Shown: one piece after another, positions 26,185-39,461 of the stretch
How positions within the stretch are numbered: the stretch's first letter is position 1
Layout of the letters: each line of letters opens with the position of its first letter
From: the human T2T-CHM13v2.0 reference genome, Homo sapiens
DNA: 64,000 nt
Reading direction: 5' to 3' (one strand)
Assembly: GCF_009914755.1 (NCBI RefSeq)
Contig: NC_060931.1
Notes under the pieces: model-generated
Told to the model about the DNA's origin: nothing
Seen by the model: the letters and a program-made list of their open reading frames with translations, nothing else
Databases searched by the model: none
Translations under genes and position numbers: made by a program

Positions 26185-27475
26185 GTGATACTGGGTTAAA
26201 ATTAGAGATATCAGTATGAGCTCACATCCACATACACACACACAGAGACACACATACAGACACAGTAACAATTGTAGGTATTTGTGTATACATGGGTTGT
26301 ATACACATATACTTTACTTAGCACTCCACAAAGAAGACCAGGACCTAAGAAGGCCAATAAGCAATGACATCCCAGTAGCAATGGGCATACCTAGCACCCA
26401 GATCTTGGTTTCCAAATACCATTTTCCAGTAAAAGGAACCAGGTCTCCTTCGGGACATGCTGATTCAAGGACAGGGGCAGAAGAATATAAGATAACAAGA
26501 TGAGCCTGGATCATCTGGTAGTACCAGAACATAAAGTAGTATGGAACAAAAAAAAAATAGGACAGAGGCATGTCAAAAGGACACAGGAGCCACCCTAAGC
26601 TTCCAATGGTAGCAAAACTGGAAAACTGGAAAAATTTGTGCAATAAAATAGTGTATATTTGAATTATAACTCAAAGTATAAAATACGTATACATGAATCT
26701 GTGCTAATATAAATAAATGATTGGCTAATTCAATAAATTAGGGAGGAGAGAGATGTTTTTTACATAGAAGAATTTCAAAAGATATGTGTAGATATTCCAT
26801 GTTCTGGGAGCAGGGGCTTGGTCCTCCCTGGCCTCACTGAGTGCAGGCTGGACTTAAAGACTCACTTCTAAAGAACAGAGTAAAGGAAAAGGGGGAAAAT
26901 AGTGACTTTGCAGTTGGGAAACCTGGCAAACGACCCTTTCACCGAGTGATGAAGGGTGATCTCACCAGCAATGCCATGTGGCATCATTTAACCCTGATAG
27001 GATGTGATGAAAAGGGTGCTTCACCTCTGTGGTGTTCTTTCCAAAAACCCCTAACACTGTCGAACCAAGATGAAGACATCAAACAAATCCCAATTCGAGG
27101 AACATTTTACCGACGTACTTAACCTGTATCCTTGAAAACTGCCAAGGTCATGAAAAACAAGGAAAGATGAAGACTCTGTCACAGACCAGAGGACACTAAA
27201 GAGACATGAAAAAGAAATGCAATGCGTGTCCTCGACTAGATCCTGGAACAGAAGAGGACATTAGAGGAGAAGCATGTGTAATCCAAATAAAGTCTGGACT
27301 TGATTTGCTACTAAGGTATATACAGTAGTAATACTGACTTCTTTAGTTTTGACTAAGTAATAGTAATGTGTTCACATTGTGGGGAATTAAACTTGGGTGA
27401 ACAGTATACTCTCTTGCAGTATCCTCACAACTTTTTATAAATCTGAAATTATTACCAAAAAACGTTTATTTGAAA
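26185..27475 (+). mobile_element. L1MC/L1MD-type 3' UTR
   Basis: gcacccagatcttggtttccaaatacc...gatcctggaacagaagaggacattag...caactttttataaatctgaaattatt. Confidence 0.75.
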
Positions 27476-29149
27476 TAACAGAGTTTGGGGGAGACTAGAC
27501 AATAACACATGTGACAGTGTGCTGTGAGCTCATAGGGCTAAAAACAGCATTATGAGCATCAGGTTCTTTGGATTGTGCAGAATGAAATTTAGTGATTACA
27601 GAATCTCAGGAAGTGTCCAATTTCCTGTCTATCTGTGATTCTTTTTCTAAACACTACCACCTGAGACAGTCTACTAAAAGAGATGCCAGGTATTTTATTT
27701 GACACCTAGTGTTTAAAAAATAAAAGTGAATTCCTGAGGTCAGCTTGTTTATTGCTTAGGCGAAACATAATTTGTCATGCGTCACTTTCTCATATAAAGA
27801 GTGAAAATTTACTTCTTGCCAAACCCATTTATGTCACTTTCCTGGTAGTTTGGATTCCAGGGAAATATGATTCCCTGTGCATACACACCCTCCCCCACAC
27901 TCAGCATCAGAGAGCTTTTGGTTCTTGTAGAAATGCAACTCACTGTGGGAAAAGCTGTTTCAAAGTCTGGGTTGCTTTCCTAAGGCAGCAGGTCTCCCTG
28001 CCACCCAGCAGTTCAGGAGGCCCCAGGGAAATAAGGAGAACCTCTCTCCACACAGGGCTTACATTCTGAATATGATTCTCTTTTAATGTAGATCAAAGTG
28101 GCTGAAGTAAGTCTTGAGTGTGCCTTGGAGATGTTGGTAAATGCAGCATGTTCCTCCAGCACTGCTGTGGTTAGGAAAGGAGTCAGTTCAAAGCTACGAG
28201 GTCTGCCTGGAGATCTCAAGTTCGGGGACCCAAACGGGAGTGGCTTAAAGCTAAGGAGGCTCCAGGATGCTTCTGGCTCAAGCAGGGGCTCATGCAATGT
28301 AACATTCTGATCCAAAAAATAGAGCTTTAAAGAACCACTGGATACACACGAATAAGTTGCATTCGGTTTTCAATTTGTGAGCTGTGGTGTTAGAATCATG
28401 GTTTTGGACATGGTGGGAGGGTTGGGGAGGGCTCAAGGGAGAGCCAGTCACGTGCATGCATCCCTGTGCGTGTGTGCGTACACACACACACACACACCAG
28501 CAGCAATCAATGCTCTGTTTCATGTGCAAATGAGAGGAGCGGTAAAAATAAACTCCCAAGATACGTAACACAAAACCACCTGGGTGGTCTTTGCAGTGAG
28601 GCCTGCAGCTATTTTTCCTTCCCTTTCCTCCCTGTCCCTCTTCTCTTCCTCCTTTTCTCCTCTCTCCTTTTTCTTCTTCTTCTTGTACCAGTGGGACATC
28701 GTAGATTTTTCTTGCTTTAATTAGTTATGGATGAAGTTTGTCCTTTTTGAGCACACAGTAGATAGTGGTAGGGAGACACGTCCACAGGACCGGCAAGAAG
28801 TGGGCCTGGAATTTCAGGTGGGCTGTAGATGATGAATAGGGGTTCACTGTGAGCCCCAAATGCAGTTCCACCTTTAACTTTTGGCCTCACTGAAGCCAGA
28901 TCTCTGTTGCTCTGCACTGCTTGCTTCTGCGCTATGAGCTCCCTGCTACAGAGGGGCCCATCCATCCTCTCCATCCCTGCAGCATGTATATCACAGGGGA
29001 GACTGCTTGCATCACATTATTTATATTGTACTAGAGTCTGAAATGTGTGAAAAGCCAGACATAGAGCGTGCAGAGTCCTGCTTATGAGGAATTAGCTGGC
29101 CCAGGAGCAGTGGTTCCATTCAATGTGACAACACCTACGGAGTCTCAGT

Positions 29150-30400
29150 GAGGCAGAGAGCACGGTGAATGAGAATTTGGACTTTTAAGAAAAACAGACC
29201 CTAGATAAATCCTCTTGTATTCCTCACTAGCTGTATAGCCTGGGAAAATCCCTTAACTTCTCCAAGTCTCAAAATTCCTCAACTGTAAAATAAATATGGA
29301 CCTAACAGCACAGTTAAATGAGATCACGCACGTTAAGTGCAGCGGCTGGCAGGCCATCAATAAATACCAACTTCTGCTATTTTCATTTTTATCCATATAC
29401 CAAGTAAGTATGTGCCTGGCATGGTGGAGAGAACAAAGACAGACAGGCAAGGTACAGGCCTGCCCACCCCCATGTGCTTGCATCTTAGTGAGGAAATCTA
29501 CGAAACTAGAAACTAGTATCTTGATGTCTCTCTGCCACACCTTCATCATCTATAAAGGGTGGACAACAATACCTATTCCATAAGATTAAATGCATGAATA
29601 CACATAAAGCATTTAGAACAATGTTAGCACATTATAAGTGCTCAAACAGTTATTTTACAATGATTATTCAAAGGAGAGTTAACATTTTGTTGGGATAGTT
29701 AGGAATTACTTTACAGAGAAGGTGACCATTGACATGAGCTTGAGGGATGGCATGGAGTTGATAAAGGTGATCTGGGTAGAGGGAATGATGAAGATCCAAG
29801 GTGTAGGGTGGGAGGGTTGGGGATGGCTCAAGGCAGAGCCAGTCACTTGCTGCTCTCTGCAGCACAGGATTCACAAACCTAAGAGGGAAAGGCAAGTCTG
29901 GAAAGGCTTTTGGAAGGTCCTGAAAAGCTAAGTGAAAATTTGTACTTAGTTGTGTAGGCAACTTGGAGATCCCAAACTATGTTCAGGATCATAAGTATGC
30001 CCTGGGAAAATCAGTGAGGCCTTCACATGAGGAAAGTCAGAATTTCCATCAGGGATGCAAATGAGAAGCTAGTGGCACTTTACCCGTTCATTGCGTCAAT
30101 ACACATTTCCTTGGTATGTGTGAGGCACCGTCCTAGACACTGGGTATAGAGTGGTGAACAAGACAGAATTTGCCTTCCTGGAGTTCAGAGGATAGTGGTA
30201 GAGACAGGCAGGCAGTCACACAGGAATATATCTTGTAAAGTGGCAAGTTCAAGAAAGGAATATACAGGAGCTATGATAAGAGGGCTATCTAATAGGGCCT
30301 GCCTCCCTGAAGAAGTGACATGTAAGCTGAGCCATGAACGATGGGGAGGAATAATCCACCAAGTGGAAGGACAGAGTGAGAAATTGCTTTCCAGGCAAAG
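29150..30400. mobile_element. Cluster of MIR and L2 fragments
   Basis: MIR core at ~29220-29370 and ~29540-29660; L2-like at ~29680-29960 and ~30085-30400. Confidence 0.55.
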
Positions 30401-30820
30401 GGTTGGGCTGGGGTGGAAGGTCATATTTTTCCTACAGCAAGGCATCTGTGGCATCAATGTGGAAAAAAATGTATTAGAAAGAAGGAAAGAGCAGATTTGG
30501 TTGGACTCACTGGGACAGTAGTGCAGGAGCTACATCAAAAGATGACTGGGGGAATTCTACATGAAATGATGCTGTTCACCCAACACGGGATGAAACTCAC
30601 AGGTGGAAGAAGCCAGACACAAAGGAGCATATACCGCGCGAGGCCTTTGATACGACATTCAAGGATAGAGTTTCCTAAAAATGAACTAGCCGGTGGCGAT
30701 AGACTTCAGAATAGTGGCTACTCTGGGGACTATTGACTAGGAGAGTCATGAGAATTCCTTCTGGAGGGCTGAACATTATCTACGTCTGCATTTGTGTCTT
30801 CACCCGCCCTTAGTAGGTAA

Positions 30821-31284
30821 TGTTAGGTCAGCTGAGAGAAAGGACGAGAGAGAGAGACCCAAGTTTAGGCAAGCCTTTATTTAACTTGCCGGCTGCTCTA
30901 CTACAGACAGAGGAGGCAGTCTTGAGCTTACAAAATGAGGGGTTTATATGGGGGAGAGAGACCCTGGGGTTGTATGTTGGTTAACTCTGCCACATATCAC
31001 CTTGTGACGTTTATGTACCGAAGGATGTAAGTAAAGTTTGTTTACGTTTTTTATGACTTTTTTTTGTGCGACCTTCCCCTGTGCCATCTGGATGGTTTGT
31101 AATTGGGGTTTGCTTTATTGTTGCAAGGCCTGATAGGTAAAGTCTGCTGACTTCACCACGGCACCTAGATAAGGGCTTCGAAATGTAAAAAGGCTTGGGG
31201 GAAGGGGAGGGGTGGCACAAAGAGGTTTGGGGGGGGGGTGTTGGCAGTACCAAGAAGCTTTTTTGGGGCAGTTTGTCCCTAACA
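30821..31284 (-). mobile_element. Solo ERV LTR, probably ERVL class (LTR32-like), inserted in an old L1 3' end
   Basis: Minus strand TGTTAGGGACAAACTGCCCC...CTGACCTAACA with TATAAA and AATAAA; 5-bp TSD GGTAA/GGTAG; subfamily uncertain. Confidence 0.7.
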
Positions 31285-33102
31285 GGTAGGTAATTCCACC
31301 TGAGCATTCATACGTGCTACGTAGGAGTGATTTGCAGAATGATAAAAAGGTCTGCTATATACCACTGAAAACTAGATGCTCAAAATGTAATGTTAAGGGA
31401 ACAAAGTAGGGTATAAAATTGTATATGCATTATCATAACTCTCAAATAAATTCTCAATACAATATAATTTATTTGAAAAGTTAAAAGGAAACACACATTT
31501 CGACATCAGTTGTTTCTGGTGGTAGGATTTCAGCTGACTGTTGTAAGAAGACACCCCAGGGGAGTTTCTGAAACATTGACACCACGTTAGAGCTCAACCA
31601 ATCTCTGAGTAGAACAACCGGGGTGTGAACCCAGTTCTGTTCTTTCCTCGGAAAGTGACTTTCAGGAAGTCACATAACTTCTCTAACCCTCAGTTTCCTC
31701 CACTGTAAAAAGGAGTCGAAATGACACCTCCAACCTAGGCCTGCTTGGGAACAAAACAAGATCAAGTGTGAGCCTCTACACCAGCACTGGGCCCAAAGTG
31801 AGTGCCCAGTCAATGTCAGTTACTACTATTCAGGGGAAGCTCAGAGGCAGAGGAGGGTGAAGCTGTCCATGTGTATACCCATTGTCCCTCTTTTCTGGGT
31901 CATCTGCAGAGATAGAGGCTGGAGAGGGGGACCCGAGGCAGAGGGTGAAGGCCTAGAACAGCCGTCAGAGGAAAGTGAAGGGGGCTGTCCAGGGAATCGT
32001 CACAGGCTGCCCAGCAGCACTGAATGCTAGCTGGGGTAGAAGGTGGCGGTTCCCGCATGAAATCCTCCAATTCCCTTGCAGCCAGAGGCAGTCGAAATTT
32101 TACAGAGTTAGGAATTGAGAAGGGGGTCAGGGTAGGAAGACAAGGACATGAAATTTCAGAAGTAAACTCTAGAGAGTATAAAAATAAAGAATGCCATTTT
32201 AAATGGGACAATTTAAAGTTGAACTTTTTGCGACTATGTGTAGCTGTGGGTGTAATGTATACATGACATTATTATTTAAGGAAATCACAAAACCTGTGTC
32301 ACTTGCATTTCTACACAGAGACCCATTTCTTCCTTGCAATATCAAACAGAAAATATTATGATATTATGATACAATAGTCACACGCTATTTGAACACATGA
32401 AAAGTTTTTTTTTTAATTAAAGTTAACTAACTCTTCTAGGTACCAGTGGAGCCTGCAGCTTCTCAGGTGGAATTAGGGGAAATTTAATTCGCACTTAGTC
32501 AGTGACAGAGGAAGCTTGAAATATACACGTTCCTCAGGTAGTTGCATCTCTTACTTCCTGCTCAAGGAGACAGGCTGATGTATTTAATACTGTCCATCAG
32601 CAAAATCATGGTCATTGGTTAGGCCACAAAGCACTAAAATGAACTTCATTTTAACATGAATAAAAAGGAAATTACAATTAAAATAGAAACCTATTGTGTT
32701 ATATCCAGAAAAACTACAATTCAAGAAAGAAGGCAAAGAATTTTTTTTCACGGGCAGCTCCTGAAAATTAATATTCTGTGGCCTAACTGGATTCAATATT
32801 ATCCTCTCATCCAGAGTGTGCGGAGGGAATTGTGTCAACATTTGCAGCCTCCTCTCCGCAATCTAATTAAAAGCTACACAAAATGATATAATGCACACAG
32901 GGTCCTCTGAACAGCTATCACTGAATAATAATGTTATCAATAATGATCATTTAGCAGTCATTTCTGTTAACACTTTAAAAACTGTATCAGTTATTGTGCT
33001 AAGCATTTTTTACATATTAGCTCACCGACTTCCCACAATAAACCACTGTGGGAGGTAGTTTATCATAACCCATTTTATGAGTAAGAGCAATAAGGCTCAG
33101 CG

Positions 33103-33198
33103 TAGGGTGACCAACTGCCCAGGATTTCCCAAGATGTGGGGCTTTCAGTGCTCATGGCAGGAAAGTCCTGGGCAAACTGGCATGAGTTGCTCACTCTG
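33103..33198. mobile_element. MER81/MER94-like hAT MITE nested in a MIR
   Basis: TIR-like tagggtgaccaac ... gttgctcactctg. Confidence 0.55.
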
Positions 33199-33517
33199 TG
33201 AGAGTGACTTGCTTGATTTTTAAGTGATAGGGATTTAAACCTCTGCGTCTCTTTGATCAGATTTCCTACCTACTGGCAGGCCAGCTCAAAATTACAGTCC
33301 ACAATGGCTGAACAGCAAAGACATTCTTTCTAGCATGGGAGTATGGATCTAGGCCAAAATGCAGGAATATTATTTCTTGCGGGGTAATTGAAAATGTCAT
33401 CTTGCCTCTCCCTGTCCCCAAAACACTGAGCGAGTAAAAGCTAAGCCTCCCTTTCTAACATTTCCAAAAGCCTTGCATGTCCCTGGAAACAGATGTTCAG
33501 AGTGATTACACACTCAC

Positions 33518-33617
33518 CTTGGGAAGAGGGTAGAGATGACACAATGGTTGGCCAGTGTTCTGTTTACAAAACTCCAGAGTGTGACATACCACATCAGCAT
33601 TCATATCTGCGCTAAGC
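33518..33617 (-). CDS. AOAH: AOAH exon 4 (100 nt): LSADMNADVVCHTLEFCKQNTGQPLCHLYPLPK, end of the saposin-B domain
   Basis: Acceptor cgtttccctccag, donor gtgagt; phase 2-0; Cys spacing typical of the SapB C-terminus. Confidence 0.96.
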
Positions 33618-34146
33618 CTGGAGGGAAACGGTGCAAAACAAAGGCTATTCAGATCTCTTAGGCATTAGGAAACAGAAGCTACTGCAAAGAAAGGTAAATC
33701 CCCAGAATGGATTCTAATACCCTCAACTCCTTGCAGAGTGGCCTTTGACCCCAATCCCGGGGAGCTGCTGGATGGTAATGATTTCCTGCCACTGTTGCTC
33801 TCTCCTGCATTTAGAATGAGGTCCTAAAGGCGAGGATGGGGCATGCACAGCACTGAGCTGCCAGTCAGCCTCTCACGCGAGTGCTGGGATTCTTTTCAGG
33901 CAAAGCCACACATAAAATTGGGAAAGAAAAAGTGGGCAGGGACGTAACTTGATGGAAACAATATTTTGAAGTTTGGGCCTTTGAAACATGGTAACCTTAT
34001 AGTGAAAAATCATTTACGATATAGCCTTAAACACCTAACCTTACTTTCTTAGGCACAATCCAAACAATCTATTCTATTCCCTTATAAACATATTTCTTTT
34101 TTCTTTCTTTTTTTTTTTTTTTTTTTCCTGCGAGAGGTCAGAGTTT

Positions 34147-34614
34147 TGTCAGGCCTCTGAGCCGAAGCTCGGCCATTATAACCCCTGTGACCTGCACATA
34201 TCCGTCTAGATGGCCTGCAGGAGCCAAGAAGTCTGGAGCAGCCAAAGAAAAACTACAAAGAAGTAAAACAGCCAGTCCCTGCCTTAACTGAGTAAAATTA
34301 CAATATTTTACTATCGTGACTTGTCCCTGCCCTATCTTAGTTGATCATTTGACTTTGTGACATTCTTCTTCTGGACAATAAGTCTTATGATCTCTCCACC
34401 ATGTACCTTGCAACCCTCTCCTCTGCTAACAGTAAATAACTACCTTTTATTGTAATTTTCCATTACCTACCCAACTCCTATAAAGCAACCGCTTCCCCAT
34501 CTCCCTTCGCTGACTGTCTTTTCGGACTCAGCCCACTTGCACCCAAGTGAATAAACAGCTTTATTGCTCACGCAAAGCCTGTTTGGTGGTCTCTTCACAC
34601 GGACGTGCTTGACA
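34147..34614 (+). mobile_element. Solo LTR7C (HERV-H-related LTR)
   Basis: TGTCAGGCCTCTGAGCC...cctataaa...aataaacag...ggtggtctcttcacacggacgtgcttGACA. Confidence 0.88.
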
Positions 34615-34658
34615 TTATTATTACTCAAATCAGTCTCCCCAATTATTCGGGAACAGAG

Positions 34659-35002
<344 letters not shown>

Positions 35003-35168
35003 TAACTGACTTGTTTGTTTCCCTGGGGATGGTATAAGGACAGTTCTTTTAAAACATTTAGTTTACATCTAGATTCAACGTATCTGATTCCATGTTCATT
35101 TTTTCTTTCCCACTCCCAAAACTCTTCTTACCAAGAAAAGTGAGTATAATTTTTCGAATGACATGAAC

Positions 35169-35308
35169 AAGTATAAACTCTTATTACATTTTGAAGCAAA
35201 TGTATAAACTCTTCTATAAGTAAAAACTCTACTTATATACTTCTTTAAGTATAAACTCTACTTATATACTTCTATAAGTATAAACTCTTATTACATTTTG
35301 AAGCAAAT
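35169..35308. repeat. Complex local duplication
   Basis: 33-bp direct repeat at 35169-35201 and 35276-35308 enclosing ~29-bp units. Confidence 0.85.
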
Positions 35309-38300
35309 TATTGATTCAAACCACAAGTCAAACCAAGACAACAAAAACAAACAAATCCAGCAACACAGGTTGGTAATACCCAGAGACCAACCTTTGTATT
35401 CTGCGGAGGGACAGTGATGGAGTCTAGAAGAGACTTTCTTTGGGTTTCTTCCCAGCTCACATGACCACTTCACTGTTTTCCTTTGCCCGTTGGCGCAGGC
35501 TTCTGGTAACTGTGTTTATATGCCGTAGCTCCCAGCCAGTTGATTAGATCTCATTAAACTACTGTTTCAAGAAGGACCAATCTGATTCTTTCAAACATTT
35601 GGAATTGGTGTTAAAAATGTTCGGCTTCACCCTGGGCTACTCTCAGAATAAGAGAAGCTCGAGTGAGCTGGGATAGTGCTGTCGTAATTTCCTGCCAGGT
35701 GGACTGAGTATCTGGAAAGCCAGTCTGCAGGATGGGTTCTGGGGGCAGAACCCAGAGGACGTGCAGTGAGGAAGCTGGAAGAGAGCACACTCCCTGGGTT
35801 CCTTTGGTTTACTGTCCTATTTTCAGTCTCTTTCAGAGGCCTGGGTATTTTCCTGACCTTTAGTCCCCTGATCTGTGTGCCCTAGGTTCTTATAATAAAT
35901 CCACTCCAACCTCTCCCCACCCAACTATTATAACAACTACCTCTACAATCACTGCAATGACTAACACCTCTCTTCTCTCCCTGAGCCTCCTCCACCTCCT
36001 CCTCTTTCCTTTTATCTTGTGATTGAAAGCAGTTAACAGCTCACACATGGGCCAACCCTTGAGCACTCCTGGGTTAGAATTGGAGTGCATGGCCCCTTTT
36101 AATCCCTGGCCTGAATGTGAGTCACTGAATTGGCTTGCTCCCTTCACTCTCCTCTCTGCTTTCTTTCCCTGATGCCCATTTCACAGACTCAATTGGGTTT
36201 GGTCTGCTCCACCAAAGGAATTTTACACCTGGGCATGCAGAATAACAAATGGAATTTAGAATGATAAAAAGCAAAGAAAACAAAACAGAAAAACACTCTT
36301 GATTTTCACTTTGTGAGTAAGCAGCAGTTGTAACGGTTGCTAAACATCAAAATATCCTTAAAAATCTCTAAAAATATTATCTTGTGACCGCTACACCTCC
36401 AAACACTGGGAGGAGCCTTGAGCATTTATTTCTACTGCGCACCTTCCAGTAGAAAGAACTACCCTGTGTTAATGAAAATGTATCTTAATGAAGCCCATCA
36501 CAGAAAGGGGGGCCACCTTGGAAATCTCCAAATATTTTGAGGATAACCAATATGTGAAAACAGGCTGGAACCATGGCCACCCAAATTTAATTCCAGCTGA
36601 ATGCAGCTAAAGGTGTGGCTGGCAAGATGGTTTATCACCCTTTTGTGAGCACCTGAGTTAAGAGGGAAATGCAGCGTTCATCGTGAAAGTCACCTGCTTA
36701 GCCCCAGGTCCCTTCAAGGGAAGTCAGGGGGTAAGACTGCAACTAAAAGTATCAAAGACGCCATCCCTTTTAAGCAGTGAAGCAGGCTGCTTGTTGCAGA
36801 TAAAGTCCATTACCAAACTAATGTCTACCAGGGGTCAGTAAATCGAGAGGGTGGCTGTTTTCACACATCTGTTCTCAACTTAATTGTTCATTTATTTAGC
36901 TGATGACTGCTGTCTTTATGGGGGTCTGGTAGTTAGTGGACTCGAGAGTGATAAATAGGGCTCTGGTTAATCTTTGTTTTTAACCTAAGGCTAGTATCCC
37001 ATCTGTGGCAATCCAGGACAAGCAGAGCCAACTCATCATGTGATATACAAGACCCATTCTCTTTTTCCTCCCTAATAGGGCACAACTTCAAGTAAGGCAA
37101 CTTGAATGTGAGAGTGGAGATGTGGACCACTCAGAGAGTGAGGCTGGCCATCTCTGAGCTGGAGAGTAGAAGAGGGGAACTGGACATGTGGTGTCCCTCT
37201 AGGTCCTCTAAGATGATTTATCATCAAAAAGACATAAAGTGACAAGTAGTCCTTTGGATAAAGAGAGAAAATGCTGAACCCCATAAATCCACACAAATTT
37301 AAAACCACTAGAATGTGCAAGATGCATAAGAAGTGGCAGTATGGCATGTGTACTCTTGCTCAGCCTTGGGACAGAAGGCCTAAACTACGCCTCATTTGCT
37401 GAATCTTTAAGCAGTCTGCAAACTCATAGGAACAATTCCCACCTTTTCTCTTTCCTAGAGCAGCAAATAAAGCCAAGAGAGTCACATTTTTCATTTTTAA
37501 AAAGACTTTTTCTTTTGAGCAGTTTTAGGTTTACAGTGAAATTGAGAGGAAAATACAGAGATGTCCCATTGACCTCCTGCCCCGACACATGCACAGGCTC
37601 CCCTATTATCATTATCTGCCACCAGTAATTTCTTAAAATTGATAAACCCGCATTGACACATTATCATCGTCCAAAGTGTTTAGTTCACCTTAAGGTTCAC
37701 TCTTGGTGTTGTATACTCTATGGGTTTGGACAAATGCATAATGACTTGTATTCACCATTACAGTATCATACAGATTAGATTACCACTGCCCTAAAAATGC
37801 TCTGTGTTATGCCTATTTGTCTCTCTCTCCATCCTAACCCCTGGTAACCACGGATATCTTTGTAGTCTCCATAGTTTTGCCTTTTCCAGGATGTCATATA
37901 GTTGGAATCATACTGCATGTAGCCTTTTCAGATTGTTTTTTCTCACTTAGTAACACGCATTTAAGTTTACTCCATGTCTTTTTATGACTTGAGAGCTCAT
38001 TTCCTTTTATTGCTGAACAATATTTCATTGCGTGGCTGTACCACAATTTGTTTATATGATTGGACATTGTGGCTGCTTCCAGTCTTTGATGATTATGAAT
38101 AATGCTACTATCCTTGTGCAAGTTTTTGTGGGGACATAAGTTTTCAGTTCAATTGGGTAAATACCCAGCGGTATGAATCCTGGCTTGTATGGTGAGACTA
38201 TATTTTGTTTCATAAGAAACTATACTTTTTTTTCAGTTTTTTTAAATTTTAGCCATTCTATGAACAGTGGTATCTCATTGTTTTAATTTGCAGTCCTCTA

Positions 38301-39039
38301 ACAACATATAATGTTGAGCTTCTTTTCATAAGTTTATTTGTTATCTGTATGTCTTTTTAAGTGAGGTGTCATTTAAGATCGTTAATTTTAGGTTCATTTT
38401 TTTTTAAACTGGGTTGTTTGTCGTTGAGTTTTAAGAGTTTTTTTATGTGTCTATTTTGGATAACAGATCTTTATTAAATATATACTTTGCAAATAGTTTC
38501 TCTGAGTCTATTTATTTGTACTATGTAAAAAGTTATCACAAAACCCAAGGTCAACTAGATTTTCTCCTACACTTTTAGGAGTTCTGTAGTTTTGTTTTTT
38601 AAATTTATGTCTGTGATCCATTTTGAGTTCATTTTTGTGAAGGATGTAAGGTCTGTGTCTGGATTCATTTTTTTGCATGTAGATGTCCATTTGTTCCAAC
38701 ACCATCTGTTGAAATGACCATCTTTTTTTAAATCATATTACCTTTGCTCCTTTGTCAAAGGTCAGTTTACTGTATTTATGTGGGTCTATTTCTGGGCTCT
38801 CTATTCCATTCCATTGATTATTTGTCTGTCCTTTCACCAATACCCTGCTGTCTTGATTACTGTAGCTTTGTAGTAAGCCTGATTTCAAGTAGTATCAGTC
38901 CTCCAGCTTTGTTCTTCTCCTTCAATATTGTGTCGACCATTCTTGATCTTTTGCCTCTCCATATAAACTTTAGAATCAATGTGTCAATATCTATAAAATA
39001 ATTTGCTGGGATTCAGATTGATATTGCATTGAATCTACA

Positions 39040-39461
39040 TGTGTTAGGCTGTTTTGCATTGCCATAAAAAAATACTTGAGGCTGGGCAATTTATAAAGAA
39101 AAGAGGTTTACTTGGCTCACTGTTCTGCAGGCTGTACAAGCATGGCTCCAGCATCTCCTTTGAGTGAGGCCTCAGGAAGCTTTCAATCATGGTGGAAGGA
39201 AAAGGGTGAGTGGGAAGTATCACATGAAGAATGAAGAGAGCAGGAGTGAGAGAGTGAGGGGGAAAGTACCACACTCTTTTCAACAAACAAATCTCATGTG
39301 AACTCAGAGCACGAAGTCGCTCATTACCAAGGGGATGACACTAAACCCTTCATGAGGAATCTGCCCCCATTATCTAATACCTCCTACTAGGCCCTACCTC
39401 CAGCATGAGAAGTCACATTTCAACATGAGATATGGAGGGGACAAACATCCAAACAATATCA
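39040..39461 (-). mobile_element. MSTA-like MaLR solo LTR nested in L1
   Basis: tgtgttaggctgttttgcattgcc...acatccaaacaatatca; TSD CTACA. Confidence 0.88.
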
